Assembly (NCBI GenBank): GCA_040357565.1 | Contig: JBDODJ010000005.1 | DNA length: 64,000 nt | Strand: one strand, 5' to 3' | From: Cercozoa sp. M6MM | Taxonomy: Eukaryota > Protista > Endomyxa: Ascetosporea | Shown: positions 53,273 through 64,000 of the stretch, in pieces | Layout of the letters: each line of letters starts with the position of its first letter | Position numbering within the stretch: position 1 is the stretch's first letter | Notes under the pieces: generated by a model | Seen by the model: only the letters and a program-made list of their open reading frames with translations | Database searches by the model: none | What the model was told of the DNA's origin: nothing | Made by a program: the position numbers and the translations under genes

Positions 53273-53612
53273 CTCTACTCCTATTATAACTGCACTCTGT
53301 TCAAGTGGCCTACAATCACTGTAGTACAGTAATAATGGCAACGACTAACAACAACTCTGTCGGCTCGCGATGATCCCTGAAGCCTTGACCCAGACCCAGG
53401 CAGTGCGAGTACAACAAAGCAGTCAATCGTGGGACGGGTCACAACATTCGCCGGTGAAACGAGCGACACTGCATTGGTGCGCTTGTGCACACACGTCTGG
53501 TCTCGTGAGCGTAATTCGTTCTTTTGATTGATTATCGTCAGCGGGAAACGCGAGCCACTTGGTTTTCCCCCCCCCCCCCCCATGATAATGCCGGTTCAAC
53601 AGGTCGCGCAAG

Positions 53613-53819
53613 ATGCAACCACGCACGCGCTCAAAAACGACAGCGCCATTGCGTTTCCAGGTGCGGAAGGTCAAGTCGTTCGGTCGCAAGGACACGACTC
53701 GCGTGCTCGAGGTGGATCTGCGACTCGGCGTGGTTCGCGTCGCGCAGCAGGGCACTCGACTACGCGTGCGGCACGAGTTCGATCTCGTTGAAGGCGTCAC
53801 TAATCTTGCAGGTACTTGG

Positions 53820-53869
<50 letters not shown>

Positions 53870-53879
53870 NNNNNNNNNN

Positions 53880-53931
<52 letters not shown>

Positions 53932-56900
53932 AGACCTGCTTTCCCTGTACCCCAACTGTGTCGAGTGATGGCAGATGACTTGAGGGTGCAACTGTCGTCA
54001 CCGGGCTCTCGGCGAACCTACGAGTTCGCACGTGCGGAAGACAAGGCGCGCTTCCTGCGTGCGCACGCTATGGCACTGGACGAACAGGCGCAGCTGGACA
54101 CGAGCAATGTCGGCGGCAGTGTGCAAGGCACGGGTAGTGCCGAGGTGCAGCAGCAGGGTCTCATGCGACTGCACCTGCTGGAAGGCGAGCGTGTGCTGCA
54201 CACACTGTCTCCTGTCGTTGCTCGCATGCAGAACATTGGTAGCACACTGGTGTTCCAGCTGTTCTAGTCTCCTTTCCCCTGTGTATCTTGCTGTGTCGTT
54301 CTGCAGAAACCTACCGAGAACGCAGAGGCAGCGTGTTCGTGACCAACTACCGCATCGCTTTCTCTCCGCGCAGTATGCTGCTGTTATTCTATGCGTTCCC
54401 CTTGCTACGTTTCCGGGACTGTAGGGGTGTCCGAAAGTGCGCGCCAAGTAACGGTTGTGTCGGCTCTGACGGCGCCGCTGCTGTTGTCGCTCGAGGTCGA
54501 CGTGGCGCCGGCCGTGCTGTCGCTGCTGCTGAAGGATGGCCGGCGCCTGCGCTTCGACCTGCGCGCAGTGGAGCGACCAGCACGCGCATCCTTCTGTCTG
54601 GCTGTGCGCGAACTGACGATGCCCACTGACACGACGCACGTGTTCGCCTATCAGTTGGGTGAGACGGCACCAGCGGTCGATCTGCCGGTACCCTTTCTGA
54701 CTAGGTGTCTCTGTGTAGCGTTTCTTGATTTGACATGTGACATGCACAGGAGGAACTACAAGGCTTTGAGACACCGGCGCACGTGCTGCGCGAGATGTAC
54801 GCACACTCAATGCACGTGGTGGCACAGTCGCCGCAGACACTGCGACTCTCGCTGGCCAACAAAGCTTTTGGCTTGTGTGACACCTACCCGGAACTCCTCG
54901 TCGTGCCTGCCGACATCAATGACGAGCAGTTGGTCTGTGTTACCTCCACCTTCCTTTACCCCCTCACCCCTCCTCTACCCTTACCTTCTGCGTGTCCGTA
55001 GAAGGCAGCGTCGGAGTACAGGAGTCGCGGCAGGTTGCCTGCGGTGGTGTGGTCATCGCCGTGGCAGTCGGGTGTCACCATCAGTCGCTGCTCGCAGCCT
55101 CTGTCTGGTGCCTTCCTTCTTACCCCCTACCCCCCGCCTTTTCCCCCCCCCCCCCCACAGGTCTGCGCGGTAGCACCAACGAGTGCGACGGACTGCTGGT
55201 GGGCGCACTGGCTCGCACCACAGGCGCCGACTCGGCTTCGTTCTTCATCTGCGATGCACGGCCGCGCATCAACGCCGTGGGCAACCAGCTCAAGGGCAAG
55301 GTATCGGGGTTATTATACAAGGTAGCTTAGTGACACTGATGTGTTCCTCAGGGAGTGGAGAACATGCACGTGTACGACCGGTACGGCGCACGTGCCTCGT
55401 TGGCTTTCATGGACATTGCCAACATCCACGTAATGCGACGCTCCTTGACGGCGCTGCGCAAGGCCTGCGAGATGCGGCAGGAGGACACCTTTTGGAAGGC
55501 TGTTCACGACAGTCGGTGGCTGCATCATGTCGCTGGTGCTTGCATCGATATCCCCTATCTGCTGCTTGCTTTTACCCCTTCCCCGTGGTGCAGGTGTGCT
55601 GTACGGCGCCCAGCAGATCGTGAACTCGGTGGCCGATGCCGGCGTGTGCGTGCTGGTGCACTGCTCGGACGGCTGGGACCGCACGTCGCAGCTCTGCACG
55701 CTGGCGCAGGTGCTGCTGGACGCGCGTTTCCGCACCAGGAGGGGTACCTCGTGTCCTTTGCCCCTCTTACCACCTTACGCTTACCACCTTACTCTTACCA
55801 CCTTACTCTTACCACCTTTAACCCCGTCCTACCTCGCACCCAACAGGACTGATCGAGCTGCTGCGCAAGGACTGGCTGTGGTTCGGACACAAGGTGGCCG
55901 ACCGGTGTCGCAACTTTGGCGCACACGGCGCGCCATCGATGCCGTCGTCGGGCGCGCAGGAGAACTCGCCGGTGTTGCTGCAGCTGCTGGATGCCTTGTT
56001 CCAGCTGACGCATTTGTTCCCGCGGAGCTTTGAGTTCTCCGAGGACTTCTTGCTGGTGCCACTTTTGTCTGCTTCCCCGCACCTGCCTCTGCCACTTTAA
56101 CTTGATACCTCGTGTACGCTGGGTAGGCAGTGGCGCATCACATGTACAGCGGTCGCTTCGGCGACTTTTTCGGCAACTGCGTGCAGGACCGCGTAAAGCT
56201 TGAGGTCTACACGCGCACACAGTCACTGTGGCCGCACCTACTGCAGGATGCGCGCTATGTCAATCGGTACTACGATGCGCGCAATGACGATAGGTACCTG
56301 TCCCTGTCCTGTCCCTGTCCCTATACATTATTCCTACCTTGTGTGCGTGTGTGTGTGACCAGCGATGACAATGGCGTGCTGCGACTCGGCGAGCACGCGA
56401 GCGCGCACGCGATGCGTGTGTGGCGCGACGTCTACATGCGCTTCGACTCGCACGGCATCGACCGGTGGCAGCACATGCCGCTGCTGCAGGACACACTGAG
56501 CAGTCCCTCTGGCCGCATCGACGACAGCACTGACGAGGCCTGTCACCGCAGCAACAGCTTCAACACCGACAACAGCAGTAGCAGCAGCAGCAGCAGCAGC
56601 AACGACAGTGTGCAGAGGCAGATGCGGCAACTCATGACTCAACTGGACGCAAGGGATGCGGCTACATTGCTGCAGTCACTTTTGGCTCAAGCACAAGAAC
56701 GGCAACAACAGCCACAGCAGCAGCAGCAGCAACACGAGGTCGAGCCGGAGGCAGGTGTCACTAGCGAGCACACTCCTGGGAGTACGCCCACCGCCAGCAG
56801 CGACAACGGTTGTCACGACGAATCCGGCACCGCCAAGGCCAGCACCAATGACGACGCACAGGAGAAGCAAGTCGAAATGTTCAGTCTGCCTCTGGAGTCC

Positions 56901-56954
56901 GAGATTCAAATCGATCCAGCGGTGATTTTCGATCAGCCCGCCCCCTGCGTCTAG
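53613..56954 (+). CDS. myotubularin-related phosphoinositide 3-phosphatase with intact CX5R
   Basis: VLVHCSDGWDRTSQL, LCDTYPELLVVP, RSRGRLPAVVW, DARPRINA, DWLWFGHK, ENSPV, YSGRFGDF; GRAM-like VFVTNYRIAF. Confidence 0.93.
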
Positions 56955-57127
56955 CCTGAGTGATCTTAGTTTTTATCCTGTCGGAGACGATAGCACTTCA
57001 CATAAACGAAAGCGATGATCAGACGGATGGGCTGTTGATTCAGACCCCCGAGTGACTAAGTTTGTTTTGAGCATCACATTGATCGGGCAGGTAAGGTAAT
57101 AATCTACACGTGACAACCAGCGGCAGT

Positions 57128-57594
57128 TTACTTCTTCTTCTTGAGGCCAAGGGCGACCTTGATCTCGTCGAAGGCGACGAGGACGAGAGCACCACCGAGA
57201 CCACGGGCAACGTTGGCACCGGCACCCTTGAAGAGCGTCGGGACACCCTCCTCCGTGGCGATCTTGCCGAAGGCGTGCAGCGAGTTCTTGTACTTCTTCT
57301 CGCCACCGACCGTCATCATCATGCGACGGCGGACCGTGTCGATCGGGTACGACGCGAGGCCGGCCACAACCGTCACCGAGTAGGCGATCGAGAACTTGAC
57401 CCAGAAGTTGTCCGACTTGGCAATGTCGTTCACCGTGTCGTTGAGGCCGAAGTAGAGGCCACGGTACACAATGATGCCGAAGCACGAGATCATGAAACCG
57501 CGGTAGAGGGCGAGCGGGCCGTCCGACTTGACCGACTTCTTGAGGCAGTCAACGAGACCGTTGTACTCGCGCGAGGCACCAGAGCCTGCCAATA

Positions 57595-57647
<53 letters not shown>

Positions 57648-58430
57648 AGAAGTATACCAGAGTCCATGCCCAGACGCGTACGGGCAAAGTCAAGCGGGTA
57701 CACGACGAGGAGCGACGTGGCACCGGCGGCACCACCCGAAGCAACGTTGCCGAGCAGCTGCTTGTAGAACGGCGCCGTCTTCGGCTGGCCGAACATCTTC
57801 TTGTAGCGGTCCTTGAAGGCAAAGTTCAGCGCCTGCGTCGGGAAGTAACGCACGACGTTGGCGAGGTTGCCACGCCAGAACGAGCCGACACCCTGCTCGG
57901 CCGGGACACGCTTGATGACGTCCATGATGCCCGTGTACGGCTTCTCGATCGTCTTGGCATCAGCCTGGTTCTGCAGCAGCAGCTTGATGCGCTCGATGGG
58001 CGCCACAACCGTCTTCGAGACGGCGGCGGCAACACCACCAACGGCGAAGTCAACAACGAAGTCCTTCGACACTGCCAGACACAGAGAACACATCACATGA
58101 TCACTACAAAACCACGACCACCCCAAAAACCAAAGGTCGGTTGGTGCCCTGGTACACACATGACAACTCACATGCCGTGTGCGTAAGCAGGGACACCAAG
58201 AAATGAACAAGCACGAGAAACCAAGAAACAGAGTGGCGGGCAGGAAAACACACAACACACGTGACCCAAGCACACGGCCTGCCACACACCTAGAACAGCT
58301 AACTGGAAGCCACCGAACACAGCGAGGTGCGTGGCGAGGCCCAATAACGCGTGTGCAAAATTGTGCACGCCGGCATGCACGGGCCCGCACTGCGCGCCAC
58401 ACTGCGCGTTAGTGCACAGCGAAACTTACT
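57128..58430 (-). CDS. AAC: mitochondrial ADP/ATP carrier; introns 58072-58429 (splits the ATG) and 57586-57657
   Basis: [42 protein letters not shown] signature. Confidence 0.97.
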
Positions 58431-58518
58431 GGCTAACCGAGAAGCGAGTTCAAAACCCTGGGTGGTTTCGGCGGTTTTTTCGATTTTGTTTATTTTTGGG
58501 GGCGTTGGTCGCACTTGA

Positions 58519-59075
58519 ATGATTCTCGGCGCTCCAGCACTCCTCGTTGTCGTATTTCTTTAAAACTGTATCTCCTCGTGCGTTGTGTAACAACATTGGT
58601 TTCGATTCCTTATTCGTGTGCAAGACATATTCTACTGTTTGTTGTGCGTCGTGAAACAGGAAGTCTACCGTGGCACGTGTCAACATCAAATGCGTCCGAG
58701 CGGAGTGTTTCTCCAGTCGGGCAGCGTTTGACCGACCTCCCCATTCGTCCAAACTCGGCCAGAATCCTGTCATGCTTTCGTTTAGCAAGAAGGGCTCTCG
58801 CTCGACTGTACACCTTGAGGTATCGTCAGCTAATCAATGCCCTGTTTTGCAACTGAAACTGATTTTCCAGCAACTGCAAGAGGATGCGACAGCTCACCCC
58901 CCGTCCATTTCCGCTCCTCCTGTGACTGTGCGGCCTGCAGTCGAACTCGAACGCTCTGTTGTGCGCGTGCACGCCGTGGTATGTCTTTGTGTACGAGTGA
59001 TATACTCATGCACATGTATCTGCCTGCAGATCTCAGAACCAGACCGGCGAAATTTTTGGAGCAATACGTAACCGC

Positions 59076-59110
<35 letters not shown>

Positions 59111-60055
59111 TAATTGTCGTTCTTTACTTGAAATGAATGACAGACCGCCCTCGGAAGTGTCGGGTAGTGGCGTAGTTGTCGAGTTATGCCTACCTGGAGC
59201 CGCACCCCAGCTCCCCTTCGCCTCGTCGCAGGCCTCAACCAGCACACTGCCGAGCAGCGATGCCACCTTCCCTGGCACGCCCGCCAATACAAGAAGTAAA
59301 GCAGCAGCAGAATCGGCGACCAAGAACCCTAACAGCCGCGAGAACTGCTGCAAACTGATCCTCACCTGCGCACATGTCGTGTCCGATGCTCAGCTAATCT
59401 GGCTTGCACGAGATCAAGATGTCGTCTCTGTGCCGCTGTACTTTCCCGTGTCAATGTCTTGATTTCTGTTGAAGTTTCGCTCTGACACCTCTTTGATGTG
59501 CAGACGTGTTCTGTCGATCAGCCACGACGCCGACCTGGCTCTGCTTGTACAATAATCCATCTGCATCCTGCCAAGTGAATGTCCTCTTGTATTTCAGTGT
59601 CGCGTTGATCGCGGCGAAGTGGACGAAACTGAACTTCCAGCCATGGTTGCTCCTTCATTCGTTGCACCCTTGCTACAAGGCCAGGTGACACTTTCTGTTT
59701 CTCTGCAGGACCAAGTCTGGGACACGCTGCGTCCACTTCCGTTGCAAAAACACTTGCCGCGTCGATCACAGCGTGTCAAAGTGGTAAATTCACCTCAATA
59801 GATACACGCAGGTAAACTTGAGGCGTGCGAGTGAATAATAGGTGGGGTTTCCGGTGGGAGGAGCCACACTCGCCGTTACGAGCGGAGTGGTCTCGGTAAA
59901 TCGGACCAAAGTTGGTGTTGGTGTGGTCACAACCGACTTATCTGTAAAAAATACAGAGAGTGGAAATGTCAACTGCCTCGCATAGTGGCCGCGAAGCCTT
60001 ATCTATCCAAGTGAGATTTAGCTCAGTGAAATAGAGAATTCACACACTCAACCAC

Positions 60056-60112
<57 letters not shown>

Positions 60113-60212
60113 NNNNNNNNNNNNNNNNNNNNNNNNNNNNNNNNNNNNNNNNNNNNNNNNNNNNNNNNNNNNNNNNNNNNNNNNNNNNNNNNNNNNNNNN
60201 NNNNNNNNNNNN

Positions 60213-60253
<41 letters not shown>

Positions 60254-62263
60254 TCAACAGGTGGACGCTGCGATCAACTTCGGCAACAGTGGTGGTGCGT
60301 TGATCCACATCGGCGACAAGGACAAGCAAGGCAGCAGTGGTGGTGATAAAGACGCCGACAGCGACAGCGGCAACAACACGCTGTTGGGCATTGTGCATCA
60401 GGTTTGCCGCTGCAAGACCCATTTTCCTGTGTTGCTTTTTGATCAACTGAATGACAATTGAATGGAAACAGGGCTTCTCGCAACTTCAATCGCATGGAGA
60501 GGCTCTTGCCGTTCCTGTCGTACGCCTGACTTAGCTGTAGCGTATTTTTGTCTATTGAATCACTACCTGGAGCGTACAGCTGGAGCACTTCATCGACAAC
60601 ACGCGACGCTTGCTGAAGGATCCAGCCGCAGTTGCATTGCGTGATGGTACAGTTCGCCAAGTAATGTTGTACATGTGCGCATGCGCTGTCTGTTTTAGCT
60701 CGAGCAGGCGCTGTTCGCGGCGGCTACGAGATAATTTGTGAGTCTGAAGCCAACGAGGTTTCTAGTGTTTCACACTCATAGGTCAAGAGGGAATGTACTT
60801 GTGTGTAACTTTGTTCTTAGGCCGTGGCAGAGTGTCACGTGCCCTTCTTCTCCATGGCACAGGCACAGGTAATAACTAATTTGCAGCAAAGTACTCTTCT
60901 CCGTTAGAACATACGTGTGGTGGTCTAGGCACTTAAGGAAGACGCCGTCCTGCGCGAGTACCTGCAGCTGCCTGCTTCCACCAAGGTATCGATCATTTTC
61001 AGTTGTTCCCTATTCTCTTTCTATGACGTCTGTCGCTTGGTCAATAGGAAGGAGGTGTCTGGCTTCGTCGAGTTCCAGTGCAGCTGCCTTGGGGACGCGC
61101 CACTCCTCCTACAGCTCCGACTAGCGACCCTGACAGTGATCGAGCACTCATAGACACGCATCTCTGCGATGATGGTAAATTTATCCCAAGGTAGTTGAAA
61201 GACGGACAGTACAGGTACTATGTGTGAATATCCCATCGAAACTGCAGATGTCCTGTTGGCGATTGACGATGTGGCAGTTCGAGGCGATGGCACATGCGTG
61301 TACTCGCAATATTAAGTGCGTGTATTATCACGCAAGTTTGCTTGAATTGATCTGCAGTGTGGAAGAAGTTGAGTCACCCGTGTCGCTGTCCTACCTGGTG
61401 CACAAGAAGAACATCGGTGACTCACTGCGTTGCTTGGTGTGGCGCCCTCAGTGGCGCAGCTTCGTTCGCGTCAACGCCACGCTTACGGGTGCCAACCGCG
61501 TGATGCAGGTCCCGCCCTACCAGTACGGCGTTCCGAGCGACTACGTTGTCTTTGGCGGCCTCGTGTTCACTGCTTTGACGTATGATGCTATCTTTTCTGT
61601 GGGAGCGAAGAGGTGTGTGAACACCTGCATTTGTAGTATCCCATTTGTGGAGTCGGTTATGTCAGACGCCTCATCTGCGATTAAACTGCACGTATCGGCT
61701 GTGGTATTTTCTTGAATGAGCTGCTCTGTAGAAACCATGAGTTGTCTAATATTAGGCCTACCTCGACGATGACGATTTGTTGCAAGAGCGCCTGCGCAAT
61801 ATAAAGAAAGAGGGTACACATACACACGCGCTTACACATGCCGTATCTTTCTTTTTTGCGTGCAGAGGCTGTTCCGCCAGGATTCGAGTTGTGGCAACAC
61901 CAGATGTAACCCTACACAGCCTTGATTGGGACGTCTCAGTATCCTATCATGCGTAGTATCATGGTGAGCGACGTTCTACGCGATGTGTCGAACCGCTCGC
62001 TGCACTTCTGCACCGGCGACGTGCTGGAAGTGCGTATATTTTTGCCACTCGACATCTTAGGCTCGTGCACTCTTAGTTGCTTTGCTGTGTGATACCTTTA
62101 GAAAGTACAAGGAGTGCGCATATTCAACTTGAAGCACCTCGCGCAGATGGTGAATTCTGCACTCAATGTACATGTGTATGTGCCGGACTGTCACTCCTCT
62201 CATGCTTAGTTGAGAGATGAGGCGAAGGTTCAAGTGCAGGGGCGCCATGTAAAATTTAACTTG

Positions 62264-62316
<53 letters not shown>

Positions 62317-62416
62317 NNNNNNNNNNNNNNNNNNNNNNNNNNNNNNNNNNNNNNNNNNNNNNNNNNNNNNNNNNNNNNNNNNNNNNNNNNNNNNNNNNNN
62401 NNNNNNNNNNNNNNNN

Positions 62417-62466
<50 letters not shown>

Positions 62467-62829
62467 CTTACGATCAATATTTGTGTAGGTTGTGCGCTTC
62501 GATTTTGCGAACCACACATCCGTCGTGGTGGATCACGATGCCGCGCTTGCTCGCCTTCCAGGTCTGCTGAAAAAGTACCGCGTCCCGACCGCCATGTCCT
62601 TCGCTTTGATGGTCCCCTCATTTGCTTTGATTCACACTATTCTCAATCAGTACCCGTGTACGAGCAGACAAAAGACGAACAGGCGCGACAAAATCCTCCT
62701 GCTTCCGTCTCACTCGAGGTAGTTCTCACCAAATGGTCAGTAAACTGCGCCTCCCGTACTCGAGCGGTCCTGTATGCTTTGCAGGAAAGCGCGACATCAC
62801 CGTCTACGTCTCTGTCCTCCTTTCAGTAA
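58519..62829 (+). CDS. Deg/HtrA serine protease (Deg2/Deg9-like) with PDZ-like domains
   Basis: Catalytic triad TCAHVV / HDADLALL / DAAINFGNSGG; VGFPVGGATLAVTSGVVS; DYVVFGGLVFTALT. Confidence 0.88.
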
Positions 62830-63049
62830 AGCGTCTGGCCCGCACAAGCAACATAGCCTCCCGCCGGATTCAGTTCAGTGCAGTTCGGTTGCGTTCGTTC
62901 CGCTTGCCGTTGGCCCGAAATCCATCCATTCCGTTCATTGAACTCAATTTCAACGTTTCCAACGGATTGTGAACTGAAATGAATTAACTGAGCTCGAGTG
63001 GACGGACGTAAAAGAAAAGAACGAATGCGCTAGGTGATGCTCAATTGTC

Positions 63050-64000
63050 ACGTCGTGGCGTGGGTGTATCGTCGCACCGGGGCACCGGTCGCGTGCTCAG
63101 GCGACGATGACGCAGACCGTATCGCAATCAATGACAGTGCAGTCAGCCTGGTGTCTCAGTCTTCCGTACCGCTAGCCTACTGTCGAACGGTCTGCAAAAG
63201 CTGCTCGGACAACGTATCGGCAATATCCGGGAGCTGCTGCTCCAGGTCACTCATCTGCGTTCGCGGCGCCTTGCGTTGCGGTTCGGGCAGCGCGACCTGT
63301 GTTCAGACGCATGCATGGGATAGACTTTGGGCACGCCAAGTATAAGGGCAGGACTGCCCGAGGTGATCGATACCTTGGACACGGAGTGCTCAAACACGGT
63401 GAGGTCGTTCTGATCCGGCAGCGCGACGTACTTGGACTGGTTACCGATGTAGCGGTAGTCTTGCTGCCACGCGAACGGCATCGTGTGGTACCACGCCTCG
63501 AACTCAACAAAGGCGGCCTCCAGGCCAACCTGGTCAAAAACAAAGAAGCATCCGCATACCTCAGGATAACATCGAAGTTAATACCTCAGCGACGCGCTGC
63601 TGCCAGCGCGCATCGGTAGCGGCGAGGCGCGAGAAAATTGTTTGTTTCTGGGGACGGAAACGGGAAAAGGAAGAAAGTTAACGGTCCAGCTGTGGCGAGA
63701 CAGACATGCAAGAGCGGGTAGTTACATCATCCTGCGCTGTGAGATCGACTAGTCGCTTGATGACCATCCAGCGCGAACCGTCGGCTTCCACGCGGCGCCA
63801 GTGCAGGTCCTCAGCCTGCACACACGCACACACACACACACATACACGTATAGACACAAGTGGACTGCCAATCTGAAATGGGGTGGGACGCACCTCCTTG
63901 TAGCGACGCAGGAAGAGCATGTTCTCCTTCAGTCGCCAGTCGGTCGTGGTCTTCACCGACACTGCCTGCGAACGCACGAACAGACAAACCCACAGTTTAG
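63050..64000 (-). CDS. 3' part of a hypothetical gene running in from beyond the window
   Basis: GT-AG-separated coding-like exons on the minus strand. Confidence 0.4.

Noticed and set aside
57110-57595. Long antisense ORFs opposite AAC, RPS2, RPL36 and DPM1
   Set aside because: Expected shadow ORFs from GC-rich codon bias.
1-64000. Alternative genetic code or non-canonical introns as an explanation for the fragmented ORFs
   Set aside because: The conserved genes I checked reconstruct with GT-AG introns, and TAA, TAG and TGA are all used as terminators.

Overview
Gene-dense eukaryotic genomic DNA, most likely a protist; the taxon cannot be fixed from the sequence alone. It uses the standard genetic code and has many short GT-AG introns, often filled with (TG)n/(CA)n microsatellites or C-rich tracts, plus six N gaps. 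I reconstructed about 27 intron-split genes by hand. Recognisable ones are GAA1, RPL36, LCMT1, UFD1, RPS2, CENP-C, YOS1, a SNF2/RAD5-like helicase, DPM1, a signal-peptide kinase, CPOX, OST4, GDPD1-like, myotubularin, the ADP/ATP carrier and a Deg protease. The most striking item is one spliceable gene (40274-43823) that encodes a signal peptide, a Cys-containing ectodomain, a single TM helix, a basic NLS-like stretch, two zinc fingers and a polyQ/N tract, i.e. a candidate receptor-like membrane-tethered transcription factor. Other points of note: gene orientation alternates almost perfectly across the window, one start codon appears split by an intron, one intron appears born from a tandem duplication, and DPM1 may carry a fused DPM3-like module. 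All exon models and family calls come from manual reading and motif recall, not from database searches.
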